Below are positions 1 to 13,800 of a stretch of DNA of 64,000 nucleotides, piece after piece. Below the pieces are notes generated by a model that saw only the letters and a list, made by a program, of their open reading frames with translations, did not search any database and was not told where the DNA came from. The position numbers were made by a program, and so were the translations under genes. How positions within the stretch are numbered: the first letter of the stretch is position 1; each line of letters begins with the position of its first letter. This DNA is from Basidiobolus meristosporus CBS 931.73 (lineage: Eukaryota > Fungi > Basidiobolomycota), in contig MCFE01000103.1 of NCBI GenBank assembly GCA_002104905.1, positions 107,534 to 171,533 on the forward strand. The letters are read 5' to 3'.

Positions 1-298
1 ACAGCAGCAGTGCTGGGGATAATAATATAGAAGGCAAGGCATTCAGACAGGATGGGAAATGGATTGGGCCACCTGATCATGTGACTAAGTCATGTAACCT
101 GGTATTTCCATATATGGTACTGGACTACAAAAAATACAATGGGAAGCTTCCATGGAATGTTTTGTTGTGTAACAATGGTTTGGAATGGTCAGGAACTTTC
201 TGGATGGTGGTAGAAGGTTCCAGAAGGAATCTTTTAGAAATTGAGCTAGGAAACTGAAACTTGGCATGGGTGCTCATGGTTGTCATGTGATCATGACA
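1..298 (-). repeat. 3' LTR of the gypsy element (partial, runs off the window)
   Basis: Matches ~6423-6721 with roughly 20 substitutions by eye. Begins TGTCATG on the minus strand, directly after the polypurine tract GGAAGAGGAGAATAG that contains the pol stop codon. Confidence 0.93.
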
Positions 299-2728
299 CT
301 ATTCTCCTCTTCCAGGCAAAGCTCTGTTTCCCTTTGGGGCAGGATGTGCAGGATATTGCTGGTGGAACTGGGTAACTAGTTCTTGACAATTAGTGAGATA
401 GGTAGCTGGTTCCCATGTTTGGTCACTTGGACCATAACCAATCCAGTCTACTAAGTAGTACAGCTTTGACCGGATATACTTGGAGATTAGAATCTGTTTA
501 ACTTCAAATTCTTGATGTTGGTCAACCTGGATGGCTTGGGGCTTTGCTTCTTGCCGGTTTGTCAAGGTGTTCCTACAATACTGCTCCAGGAGGGACACAT
601 GGAAAGTATCATGGATTTTCATACTTGCTGGTAACTGTAGCTGATGTATTATAGGGCTAAGCTTCTTCTTGACCTTGAAGGGACCAAGTTTCTTGAAATC
701 CAATTTGTCACAAGGGCAGTTGGTGCTGATGTTTCTTCTGAGCAACCATACAGAATCTCCTTCATTAAGATCAGGGCTGGGATTGCATTTTAGATTGGCA
801 AATTTCTTGTAGCTTTCCTGAGCTAAGGAGAGCTCTTCCTTGAGGGTATTCTGGATGTCCTGGATTGCTTGGGCATGTTCAGCTGCATGTGGGCTCATTG
901 GGTTTGTTGGAATCTGGATATCAAACTGAGGGTGGAATCCATAGTTTGCATAGAATGGTGTAAAACCAGTTGCACTATGGCCTGAGTTGATGTAGGCAAA
1001 CTCAGCAACAGGGAGTAGATCTACCCAATTTTCTTGCTGGTAATTGATATAGGACTGGAGGTATTGCTCTGGAATCTGGTTGATTCTCTCAGTCTGGCCA
1101 TCAGATTGAGGATGGAAGGCAGTGGAGAGTTTGACTTGAACACCAAGGTATTGCATGAAGTGTTTCCAAGACTTGAACACAAACTGTGAGCCTCTATCTG
1201 ACACAACATCACTGGGGACACCATGAAGGTGGAAAATATTCTTGAGGACTAACACAGCGGTTTCTTTTGCATCAGTGTTCTTACAGCAAGGGACAAAGTG
1301 GGCCATCTTGGTCAGCCAGTCAGCCACTACAAGTATAGCATTGAAGCTGCAGGACTCAGGGAGATCTGTAATGAAGTCCATAGATGTAGATCTCCATTGG
1401 TGTTCTGGGATAGGCAAGGGCTCAAGAAGTCCATAGGGCTGGTGTCTGGCTGGTTTTGCACAGTTGCAAATATCACAAGTCAGAATGTACTCTTTGATAA
1501 GAGTTATCATTCTAGGCCACCAGAAATCTCTGTTGATAGCATTCAAGGTTTTGGCAGTACCAAAGTGGCCTGCAGCCATTGAATCATACCAAGACTTAAT
1601 GATGTCTAGCTGGGTGGCAAGGTCTGGGACATAGAGCTGCTGCTTGTGGTAGATGAGGTTGTTTACCAAATGCAGGTTCTGGATGCTTGGGAACTTGGGA
1701 GGGGGCCCAACTGGGGATTCCAGATATTTCTTGACAGTACTGGAAGTCATGTCAGAGGCTTGGGACTCTGATATCCTTACTAGGAATGAAGGGGTGGCAA
1801 GAATCTCAAAATGTTTCCTGCTCAGCAATGGGTGTTCCATTTGCCAACAGGCATCATCTCCCTCTTCCAGGGCATATTCCTTTTTTCTGGACAGGGCATC
1901 AGGCTTTCCTTGCTTTGCACCAGGTCTATAGGTGATAGTAAAGTCAAAGCTGGACAGGAAGACTGACCATCTGGCTTGTCTCTGGCTTAGTACTTTGGAC
2001 GTTGCAAAGTACTTGAGGTTCTTATGGTCACAGAAGATCTTGATTTTGTGTTTTGCACTGTCCAGGTAGTGTCTCCATTGCTCAAAGGCTACAATGATGG
2101 CAAGCAACTCCTTATCATAGATATCATAGTTGATCTCTGCAGGGGAAAACTTCTGATAGTAGAATGCAATGGGGTGCAACACATTGTCTTCATCACACTG
2201 GGAGAGTATGGCACCAAGGGCAAAATCAGAAGCATCAGTCTCCACTGTGAATTGCTTCTCAAGGTCAGGGTGGGCAAGCAGGGGGGCCTTCAGGAAAGAT
2301 TTCTTGAGTTGGTTGAATGAGGTGGATTGCTCCTCATTCCAGGCAAAAGGTGTGCTCTTCAGGGTAAGCTTTGTCAGAGCGGTTACTATCTTGGAGTAGT
2401 TGGCTATGAACCTGCGATAGAAGTTGGCAAATCCCAGGAAGGATTGTACTTCCTTAACTGAGCTTGGAGTTTTCCAGGATTGGACTGAGTCAACTTTCTT
2501 TGGGTCCATTCTTGTTCCCTCAGGGCTGATGAGGTAACCAAGATATTCCACTTCTCTCTGGTCAAACTCACACTTCTCTAGCTTGGCATAGAGACCAGCA
2601 GAGTCTAGTTTTCTCAATACTCTCTTGACATGTTCATCATGTTCATCTTGGCTCTTGAAGTGTATGAGAATATCATCAAGGTAGATTACCACAAACTGGT
2701 CAAGGTACTCACAGAATATGTCATTCAT
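299..2728 (-). pseudogene. gypsy pol fragment: RT C-terminus, RNase H, integrase, chromodomain
   Basis: 809-aa ORF with YLDDILI, ETDASDFALGA, YDIYDKELLAI, GQTERINQ and a chromodomain. Upstream RT and protease parts lie in other frames. Confidence 0.93.
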
Positions 2729-4109
2729 GAGGTGTTAAAACACAGTAGGGGCATTGGTGAGGGCAAATGGCATTACTTTGTACTTGAAGAGACCATATCT
2801 TGTGCAAAAGGCAGTTTTCCATTCATCACCAGGCTTGATTCTGACAAAATTGTAAGCCCCTCTCAAGTCAATCTTGGTGAAGACTTGGGCAGCAGATAGC
2901 TGATCCAACAGTGTGTTGATCAGGGGCAGGGGGTAGCAGTTCTTGACTGTGATCTTATTCAAAGCATGGTAGTCCACTCACATTCTGAGGGTGCCATCCT
3001 TCTTCTTGACAAAGAGGATTGGGGCCCCAGCAGGTAGTTTGGAATGCGGAATAAAACCCTTCTGGAGGTTTTCTTGAATATAACCATGGAGTTCTTTCAA
3101 CTCTGGCTGGGAGAGGTTATATATTGAGCCAAATGGAGGGACTTTTCCATCTTCAAGGTCAATAGGGCAGTCATAAGGCCAATGGTCAGGGAGGAGTTCT
3201 GCATTCTTCTTGTCAAACACATGGGCAAACTCTTGGTACTTGGCTGGTATATTTGCTGAGGGGGCTCCTTCAGCTGGCAAGGTATCTTGGGCTGTTGAAC
3301 TGTTGGCAACAGTCTTTTCATGGTTATCAGGGTCTGGAGATTTCATGGAGTTGATTTGGTGGGATCTGGTGAATGACAGGATCCTGGATTTCCAGTCAAT
3401 ACTTGGATTGTGGTGCTCTGCCATGAGCTTCCAAGCACAATAGAATAGTGTGGTGAGTTGATGATGTTGAAGGCAATTCTTTCTTGGTGAGCAGTACTGG
3501 ACAGCTGGAGTAAGCATGTTTTATGGGTAACGGCATCAGAGGAGAGTGATCTTCCATCAATAACATCTACTTGGACTGGGCTGGATTTCAAGGTAACAGG
3601 AATAGAGTGCTTCTGGACAAAGGCTTGGTCAATGAAACAGGATGAAGCACCGGAATCAATCAGGGCTAGGACTGGAACAGGACTGGAGTCAGGGATCTGG
3701 ATTTTGACAGGCATTCTCAGGGACTGGATAGATTTTGTGGCAAAGGAAGATTCTTAGATATGCTGGATTTTCATGGGTGGGTCCAGTGGCCAGCCTGTCA
3801 ATGCAACTGGACATTGGAGTTTCCCAACAGATCTGAATCAGGTTGATTACTTGAGGACTGCATCAGCTTGAAGCTGGACTTCTTTTTGGGCAGGACTTGG
3901 CAAAGTGACCTGGTTGGCCACAGTATAGACAGAGGTTGGCTTGTTGATGTCGGGACTTTTCACTCTCTGATAGTTTCTTGTATTTGGCACTATCAATCTG
4001 CATAGGATCTTCTGGAGTGACTTGGGGAGCTGAAGGGGCTGGGACTGCAACAGGAATGTGTCTTTGACGGTTCTTTTGCTTCTTCTAGAATAGTCTGTTA
4101 TCACACTAG

Positions 4110-5180
4110 TGTGGTGGTGTATAGGTCCAAGGGAGATATATGCCCAACACTTCTCAAGTGTTTTGTGTGTGGGGTGTTCACTGGGTGCAATAACCTCTGG
4201 CAAAAGCTTGCTAGGAATACTTGGGTTCTGTCTCTAATCTAATGTGAAGGGGAATAAAGCCACAAGCTTGTCAAGGGAAAACTATTGAGCTACAATCCCC
4301 AACTTAGTTGGCAGCTTAACATAAGTATGTGCTGGCTTCAGCGTCCTTTGAGATGACAATGTACTAGAGCTTCCAAAGTCAAAACAACTGTAAACTCCAC
4401 CAGCAGGGACTTGATAAGAATGCAGCTGTGGTCAATAGTTACAAAGACAGAAATGTATCTTTGCCTGTACAAGAACAAGCTTGGGAAAGAATCAAATATA
4501 ATAAAAGATACCTACTCTGAGTATTCCTCACAAGTAGTGCCTCCAAGGTCAGTTGGCTGTCAGTGCAGTTTCCTGGGAGCATCCTGTGGTCTGGGGTTGG
4601 AAGTTCAGGTAGCAGCAGGTAGCAGTGATCACACTAATCAACAAGTTGGTATATTGATAAAAGGGATGATGATTTATTGTCAAGGGATAGCCTCCCTTAT
4701 ACACTTTTCTTACTGGCTAAGTGATTACTAATCATGGTGTTCCAGAAGGTTCTGGATATCAGTGGAAATCTTAATGATATCAGAATGACCTAAGAATGTT
4801 CTAAGTAGGTACCAGAAGGTTCTAAGAGGCACAGCACATCCAACCAATCAGGAATCAGTATTTTGAAACCTGTGTAACATAGGGATACCATATATGGTAT
4901 GGAAATGGCAATGATGGTGACATGGGTTGATTATGTGTTACAGGTACTGGCGTGGGTACTTGCATAATATAGAAGCGCTTATAGCTAGTAATCTTACATA
5001 AAGTGAGAGGTAACTTATGCAATAAGGTAAGCAGGTGTGATAGTCAACCAGCTTATGGGATAGTACTGATCAGGTAAGACAAATGGGATAAAACTAAAAT
5101 TAGTGTAGTAGAGATATAGGGAAGTAGAAAATATGGGAATGAGCACATCTGTTGGTGGGTGTCACTGTCACCCCACTACA
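4110..5180 (-). mobile_element. 1.07-kb nested LTR-derived insertion inside gag
   Basis: Removing it rejoins gag as ...QAIWC|DNRLF.... Termini TGTGGTGG...CCACTACA are imperfect inverted repeats. Flanks CTAG/CCAG could be a 4-bp TSD with one mismatch. Interior ~4270-4500 resembles the host LTR end at 5886-6110. Confidence 0.7.
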
Positions 5181-5834
5181 CCAGATTGCTTGGTGCATAG
5201 CTTCAACCAATGTATCTGGATCTGGGAGTGTGAGTAGCAGATCACATACTTCATCATTGAGGCCATCATGGAATCGGCTAATCAAGGCTGCTTGACCCCA
5301 GGAGCTGAGGTCACTGGAGAGTTGCTGGAATTCTGAGGCATAGACTGATGCTGGTTTGTTCCCTTGTTTGAGGGTCTTGATCTTGTTGGCAGCAGTTCTG
5401 GCTTGGTCAAGGTTACCAAATGTTAGCTCCATTTCAGTGAGAAAGGCTTGGTAGTCTCTGAGTAGGGGAGAATTGGTCTCCACTAATGGGGACAACCACT
5501 TCAGAGCTGTACCAGTAAGCAGGTTGGAGATGAAGCCAACTTTGGCCTGGTCAGTGGGGTACTGGTAGGGCTGGAGTGCAAGATTGTTCTTCATCATGTT
5601 GATGAAGCCACAGAATTCATTCTGAGAGCCATTGAACTTGGTAGCAGGAGTACACTTGGGTTCTTGGTAGACTGGAACATGGCTAGTTTGCTGGACACTT
5701 TGGTTGTGGAACTGAGCAAGAGTGTTTCTGAGGTCTGCATGGTCTTGCTGCAGTTGGGTAAAGGCAGCCATGAGCTGGGCAAAGTTCAGCTCTAGGTTGG
5801 ACATGGTAGGAGAGGAAGGCGGATGAACTTGCAA
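5100..5834 (-). pseudogene. gypsy Gag N-terminal part (retrotransposon gag domain)
   Basis: KFNGSQ..FCGFI, YPTDQAKVGFISNLLTGTALKW, LKQGNKPASVYASEF, FHDGLNDEV motifs. Confidence 0.9.
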
Positions 5835-5885
5835 GGAATACTGGAATATACTAAACTAGATTGTGGGTTTGTAAAGCCACTAGTA

Positions 5886-6721
5886 TGTCAAGAATACAAC
5901 TATAGAGCCACAATCCCCAACTTAAATAAGTTAGCATCACTTCAGAAGGTACTGGTTTTGACATCCTTTGATAGAGTATTGTACTAAAGCTTCCAATACT
6001 GTAACAACTGTAAACTCCACCAGCAGGGTAATAAAGTGAATGCAGCTTTGACCAATAGTTTTACAAAGATAAAGTATCTTTGCCTTTATAGGACAAGACT
6101 AGGGAAAGATGATGGGTGATACTTATGGTGAGTATTCCTTTTACAAGTTTTCTTCAAACTTTGGGCAGAAGGCATGGATCCACAGGTAAGTCAGGAGAGT
6201 CTGATAAAACTGTTATGAATAGACACAAGGCAGGAGAGTAGGGCTAGGCAAGGCAGGACCAGGAAAGGACTTAGGTGTGGATCAACAAGGCAAGGCTGTT
6301 TATTCAAGACCTGTGTTTATCAGACTGAGGAATACTTAAGGGGGGATAGAACTATATATACTTTTTGGGTATACTGATGCCAAGAGATATTAGCTAATAC
6401 TAATGGGGTTGTGGGGTGAGGCACAGCAGCAGTGCTGGGGATAATAATATAGAAGGCAAGGCACTGAGACAGGATAGGGAAATGGATTGGGTCACCTGAT
6501 CATGTGACTAAGTCAAGTGACCTGGTATTTCCATATATGGTACTGGACTATGAAAAATACAATGGGAATCTTCCATGGAATGTTCCATTGTGTAACAATG
6601 CTTTGGAATGGTCAGGAACTTTCTGGAAGGTGGTAGAAGGTTCCGGAAGGAATCTCTTAGAAATTGAGCTAGGAAGCTGAAACTTGGCATGTGTGTTCAT
6701 GGTTGTCATGTGATCATGACA
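5886..6721 (-). repeat. 5' LTR of the gypsy element (~836 bp)
   Basis: TGTCA...TGACA termini; the distal ~300 bp matches 1-298. Confidence 0.85.
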
Positions 6722-7830
6722 ATCAAAGTGCCATGCAATTCCTGCCAAAAGACCATTGAAATACCATCATGTTCTTAACTTTGCTTGGCAGTAAAACCAG
6801 CAAAGTGTGTTCACAATCCTTTCATAAGATCATGCAGAGGGTCAATAATTCCAAGTTGCTGGCATTGTGATGGCCTCACTGCAGGATCCTGATGGCTGAT
6901 CTGGATTGGATCCACCTGCAGGACCAAATCACTTGTTTCCATATGTCCTGGTCTTCAGCTGGCACTACAAGGTCTAGCACTTCATCTGCTAGTCCTTTCA
7001 ATAAATCTGTGCAATACTCTAGTGGGTTTTCTTGAGCACTGCTATTGAAGCAGTGCTGCAGCATCTTGGTGTTCATATAATTGCTCCAAAATTCCACCAT
7101 AGGTATTGTGATGGTCCTCTGATTTCTGATGTTGTTGCTTTGCCTGACAGTGGAATCTCCACTCTGTCTACAATGGAGGATATAGAAGCTATAGTAGACA
7201 AATTGCCTATCTCTGCAAACTCATCATCACATGTAAGAAAAAAGTAAAGCTTTTACCACCAACCAGCTGTGGTGAGAATATAGTGTAATCCACCAGCTCT
7301 CTTAGTCACATTCCTGATATTCAAAACTGTCACCACAGCCACTGGTTTGTCATGGGAGAGTCACTGAGCCACAATCCCTAGCTTGATGGGCATCTTAATG
7401 GAAGTGTATGCATGATTATTACAATTTGGGAATCCCATGTGCTAGGACCTTGAAAGTCAGAATAGATATGAACCACCAGCTGGTTCTCAATGAGAGTGCA
7501 GCTTGCTTCAATTTTGGCAAAGACAAAGAGGCATCTCCTGTCTGCACTGCAAGCGATACAGCAAAAGAAATCCATCCCCTAAGTAAAATGATTCCAGATG
7601 GTGGTAGGTTTTGCATTTACGCCTACAAATTCACATTTACTTGGTGTGTGAGCTTTGCTGTATCTTGCCCATGCTCTTGTTTTGGGGGACCAATATGTTG
7701 GTGAAAATATTTCGAGTAAATCCCACTCATGAGCACGCTCAATGCTGGTATTAGTATTTATTGACAATGGGTTCAAAATTGAAGTGGGGGAGGGGTGATT
7801 GAAGTGTACAGTGTGGGCGGGATTGTGCAT
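6722..7830. other. CpG-depleted degenerate sequence, probable transposon relic of unknown class
   Basis: Very few CG dinucleotides, like the neighbouring LTR element. Broken minus-strand frames include IWNHF...CIAC (weakly BED-finger-like). No confident catalytic motif. Confidence 0.3.
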
Positions 7831-7839
7831 GAGTAAGGT

Positions 7840-10800
7840 CTATAGATGCTCTGGTTCCATCTCCGCCTCCTCTTCCGAGTCTTCGGTGCTACTCGCATCT
7901 GTATTTTCTTGCAAGATATCTGTTGTTGGTCAGTAAAGTATCCTCAGAAAGTCGACCCGGAAAACCACCACTTTACCATGCCATTGATTCTCCCTGAAGG
8001 CACATAAGTACCCATCTGCTTGAGTCTTGTCCAGGTGGTTCAAACTGGAGATGCTGTCATCGTCACTTTCATCACTATACCCACTAGAGAAGCATACAGT
8101 TACCAGGGCGAACAGTCAACCGGTGATACGAAACCACTTACGGGTATGGTGAATAAGACGGCGACCGGTCATTGTTACTAGCCGACATCATCCCCGGACT
8201 AGAAGTATAGTTCGACCGCATCTCTGTGGCCAAGAGCTCTTCCTCATCGATCACAATCTCTGGGCCGGTGATGATGGATACTTCTAAAAGGAAAGATTCG
8301 GTTTAGCTCAGGGAAAGGTACCAAGAGAGTACTGGGTTTGGTTACTGGATGTCTCATAAGAGGCAAAGCCCATGTTGTTGCGACGTGCATCTCTTAATCG
8401 CTTTTTTTGGACGGCGATCCGTAGAAAGCCTTTGAGTGTGTCCAGACGAACTTTATCAACAATCTGATCCACTCGCTCCTTACGCTTGATATAGTCGGTG
8501 GGTCTAAATTGAGGCAAGGGTTGGTACAAAAGCGACAGGGTCTCAGTACGACTACCACCAACACCTACAGGAAACTCTTCACGGGGTCTGTCAACTTGTA
8601 GATGGACAAAAGCAGGAGCATCTTTGTGAAACTAATCTTCCGACCGTTCACGCCAAGATCCATGGCCTCCTAACAGGATATAGAGCTTGTAAGTAACCAT
8701 GGGAGCACACATCATATCCACGAGCCAACCTGATAAACCAAGTTATAGATCTGTTTCCTTTGACGAATCTCGGCGGGATTCAGATTCGTCAACCGGATAT
8801 TCAACGCAGTCAAGTCAGGAAGCCTCGTCTCCGGACGCCGATCAATCAACTCGATCACGTTTTTGCTAGAGCTGTTTCGTAGCACTTGCTGGTGCAGTAA
8901 GTCAGGCTTCTGCTGAATACAGCAATCGCGTAGCAGTGCCGTCACAGAGTACTCATCGGGGTATATCTTGACGTCGAATGGGGTGGACAATTTCTGACAG
9001 ATACAAACTGTTAATAAACCTACACTGGGCAGGAAGCAACCCGGTCTTACCGAAAGAAGCTTCACGATGTCCTTCTGATATATGTATCCATTCCCGTGAA
9101 TATCGACCTCGCTCCAAGCTTTCTTGAAGGTAGTCAATTGTCAAGGACAGTACAATGGGAGATCGTGGTACTCATAGAACCGGTAACTGAAAAAGGATAT
9201 TTTCTGATGTCATCTCTCTTCATTAACGAGTACGACGAGGCGATTTGGTAGCAATAGGAGAATCCGTCCATCACCACCACTACGAAGAGGTTGGCGAAGA
9301 TGTACATGGAGATGACGTTGAAAGAAATGAATAGGAAATATGCCCAGACAGGACTGCCACAGTCAGTCTCGAGGTAGAATCGAGCGGAGCCAACACACTC
9401 GGGTGTTTGGACGACGAAGTCATGCATGAAGCTGTTCCACCCTTCACCAGTGGACATCCCGGCCAGATTTAAGATGGAATTGGCAAAAGTCCGGAAATTG
9501 GCATGGGCACCTCCGTTCTCACCCATCTTGGTCAAGCTGAAGATTTCCATGAACGCTATGGCGTAGATCACGAACAGCAGGAACCAAACAGCCAAGAGGT
9601 TGACAATGGTCCTCAGGCTAACACTAGATGTTTGACAACACGATTCAGCAGGAATGCCAGACGATGTGACGAATATGTCATGAGGACTTACAACATGCTG
9701 CGCAGAAGTTGGTGCAAGCTGTCCACTTTTTGAACCACCTTGAACAACACAAGGGTGACAAATATCCTTAACGCAAGGCGAGAGCCATTCGGCGTGTTGA
9801 AGATGAACTTCTCAAACAGTTGGGAAACGGTGGAGATTGCCAGGCCGAAAGTGATCACAATATCAAACACATTCCAGGGATTCATGAGTACCTGGGTAAC
9901 CGATGCTCAGACAGTATACAGCCACAAAATCAGCGAAAAGGCCTACCAATTTGACGCCCAGGCCTAGACACTTCACTCCAATCTCAAATATGTATCCTAG
10001 AAAAACCAAACCAAAGAGGATATCTACCCCATGTTAGGTAACGTCGGCTGATACGGGCCGAACTGTCAAAGTACCTTTTGCCGTGTTCACTGCCTCAGGT
10101 TGTCCGTGATACTGGGTCACCAAAAGTAGTGCATCGAATATGGTGACGCCAACCACAAAGCGGAATAGGAACCCGTTTTTCTCGATGGCCTTCTTGTAGC
10201 ACCATTGGCGTATGGTGTCCCGTGGAGGGTACAGAGGGCGAATCGATGGCTTGATCTGTTTCAACTGATTCTTCATGTCAATCCATCTCCGTTGTTCAGC
10301 GGTGAGAAACGCAGTTCCGTTACGGGTGTTGAAATTCTCGATGATTACCGCAACGAACAGGGTTAGCACAAACACAGCGCCTACGATGTTGTAAAGCATG
10401 AAAAATATGGCATTGTACCACGAATACCGATCCTCAGGCTGTATGTTGTATCCCTTGACTTTCATGGTGGTCAGCATGACATCCACCCAGCCTTCGTTGG
10501 AGACGATTTCAAACAGCACCAACAACGAGGATCGGAAGCTGTCGAAATTGAAGCCGTCGGGATTGGACCAAACGCGCGGCTTCCACATTTTGATGGTGGC
10601 ATCGAAGTACAGCCCTTTGCAGTCTCCACGAGTTAGGATATTTGGCGCAGTATCATTACAGCTGTACATAAGGCCAGCAAAGAGATTCAGGCCGTAGATA
10701 GAGAAAGGCAGGATGAAACAAAGGGAAAGCAGGACAGCGTCGATAATACGTGGAAGTCCTGAGTACAACGTGCCATAGAACACCTCTCGTACGGCCGAGA

Positions 10801-13800
10801 AATAACTAGCAATTCTTAATGCTCTGAACCCTTTGGCCGCCCTTAATGTTCTTGGAATTCCGGTTGGTTCCTTAGGATTGATCGCCAAGGTGATGTACAG
10901 GGTAATTAAGACTGAAAAATCCACTCGATTCCAAACGCTTTTCCAATAAGCGTCCGGCGTAAACAAGAATCCATCAGCAATGACACGGATCAAGAACTCC
11001 AGGGTGAATATGATCGTTATGATGATGTCCACGATAAAGAACATATCAATATCTCGATGATGAATTGGGATGATTTCTAGCCGGCCAAATTTCCTAAGCA
11101 ATCGCTCGCGCTGTGCAAACGGAGTATTCAGCGCAGCAAACACAACGCTGACTATCACGCATATCAGGATGAACCCGTTGAAAAGGTGACTCCATGTGAA
11201 ATGGCTGAATGAAAAGGTCTCAATCGAAGGATCTGAATTACCCACAAGCACTTTGCAAAATCTTCGTATCGGATTGTTCCTCTTGAATATAAAAAGGGAT
11301 GTATCATACGTAGGGTGTGCCGTCATGAAGTCATTAAGAATTGCTTCGCGTTGGTTATAGTGCTCATTTGAGGTGTTTCCCTCGTAGGTAGTCCTGTCTA
11401 GATTGGAGTCTTCTCTTTCGGTCCCGAACGTGTTGCTGGTGTTATTTCTAGTTTCTGCGTGTTTCTTTTTTCCATGGAAAAATCTTCGCAGGCGAGCAGT
11501 AAATCCCTGTGGGCTCGTTCTCCTTGCTTGATTGTTATCCACCTAGATGAGGAAAGAATTAGCGACGTCCGCTCTAGCCAACCCAATAGCTAACGTACTT
11601 TCGTATTCGATTCTTGTAGAAATTCACGCGCAGCACGCTTTTGGACTGGTAGCACGAGGTTTGAAGGAATGCTGTCTACCTCCAGCGCCTTTGGACTTGG
11701 CTTTAAGTAATAGTATGGATTCCATTTACTGAGTTGACATGGCTCGTATAAGTCACAGTTGTCATGGTAAAAGCAGATTCACGAAAATGATACCTGATGA
11801 CATTTTGACTCTCTTGCTGCCTCGTTTCGATCCGCTTGACAGTCTCCTCGAGTTGCATTTTACGCTTTTGCTCCTCGTCCATTTCAAAATTCTCCACTAT
11901 CACGGCGACGAACATGTTGAGCAATATAACTAAGCATGGATTAGGTTTCTGGAGAATAATACCACGCCCAGACATAAATACTCACAATTGGAAAAGCAGA
12001 AAAACAGAAGAATAAACACGGAAGAAAAGACCGCCATGTTGTATTGCCGCTGGATACCAGGCAGGCTGAACAGCGTGTCAGTCCAGTTGTCTCCCGAGAA
12101 AATCTAGTACACTCGAAGTGTCATTTGGGAGAAGTCGAGAAATCTTTGTAAATCAAATGCGTACCTGGAAGAGAGCCAGGAAACTGGCAGCAAAGTTGTC
12201 AAAATTCATATACATGTTATCGCTAGATTGTATTTGGCCACCAAATAGCTGCATCGCCTAGTAGAAAAGTTGGATGTGATTAGCGACTAGTCGATTATTG
12301 TAGAATGGAAGAACCTCTTACCACCGTGGCGCTAACCCCGATGCATATGACGATGAAAAGAAACAAATTCATCATGCCAACAACATTACCCACTGTACGA
12401 GCCTGGACAGGAAAAGGTAAGTCATACTTGCAGGATCCATCGAGTCTCAGGGAAGACACCTACAATCAATTTTCGAATCCGTGGTACCACCATCACAATA
12501 CGATAAAACCTCGCTATTTGAAACACCGTGAAGTAGCGATAGAGCATTCCTGAGAAGGCGGTGGGGATTGGGGGTATCTGGATTATGCAGGTGATCACTG
12601 CCAGGAACAGATCCAACCTATTCCTTTTGGAGGAGCAAAATTTACTATGGCGGTCAGGTCGCCGTGTGGCGAAATACCGCAGTACGATTTCGATGGCGAA
12701 CAACCCGGTGAATACACGTTCGGCTATTAAGAAATCCCCCTGAACTAAAGATCGTTTAGATTGAATTCTGGGAGTGTTGGAGAAGAGAAGCTTACTCATG
12801 GTGGGATCCACGGTTGATTTAGGTTCTTCATCGTCAGGGTCGTATGAGCGGATGCACATGATCACCAGGTCGGCAGCCACCAGGAGCACCCAAAAATAAC
12901 GGGTGATTTCGAAATGCCTCTCCAGGAAATTCGGCTCCAAGACTGTTTTCTGCCCTTGTGGAACCTCCTCTTCGGTATTATCGTTTAGGACGATGGCAGT
13001 TCTATTGGTTCGGGCCGTTATTATGTGTGTTGATGTGCATATAACATATACTACTCAAGAGCATACTTGGTGGATATAAAGGCACTGTGGTTAGTGTCTT
13101 CGCGAATCTTGGCAAACATCTCAGTGATGACGGCGACAAAAAGATTGAGCAGCCAAAAATTGAAGATCACCACGCCTATGATGTAGTACAGGGCGGAGGG
13201 CAATGAGTATTCAGCATCCATAGTCTGAAACATCAAATCAAGCCATCCTTGGGCTGTAATCCTTGGTTAGCTCTGCACCTCATCGAGGGAGGGATTTCAC
13301 TTACCAGCGGTAATGCCAAATAGTATTGGCACGGATTGGAAGATGTTGTCGAAGCCGAGTGTCCCCTGAAAAGGGCTTCCTACGTTCTAGGGCATCGCAG
13401 CGATGAGTGCTTACATTGGATTTGGTCGATGTACAGAAGGCCATACTATACCATGCATTTGTAATTACTGGGGCATGCATACCCCTTGGTGAAACTATCA
13501 TAGTATCCGCAATATCTCTCCGGAATGGTGAAATAATCCTCGATGTTGTCCGGGTTTTCAGGTACGTCTATGCTGGTGTTAGAGGATTAGGGTCAACGAT
13601 AAGGGTTGAAGACATACTTTCAGCAACGCAACGCCGGTCAAATGAGCCCTCGAATGAGATAACCCCTATGATGCTAGCAATAGAATGGGTCAAGAGCTCT
13701 TATGTGCATGAGGAATTACAGGAAGATACCCAAACAGCAGGAAGAAGCAGAACAAGAACAGAGTCACATTTACCAGGACCGGGGCACTCTTCTTGAGAGA

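Larger units (their letters stand above)
1..6721 (-). mobile_element. Ty3/gypsy LTR retrotransposon (chromovirus), degenerate, gag interrupted by a nested insertion
   Basis: Gag (5100-5834, resuming below 4110 with zinc knuckle CLYCGQPGHFAKSC), protease LIDSGAS (3343-3714), RT ([15 protein letters not shown]), RNase H (VETDASD), integrase and C-terminal chromodomain (EFEVKQIL...YYLVDWIGYGPSDQTWEP). Frameshifts between 2.7 and 4.1 kb. LTRs at both ends. Confidence 0.96.
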
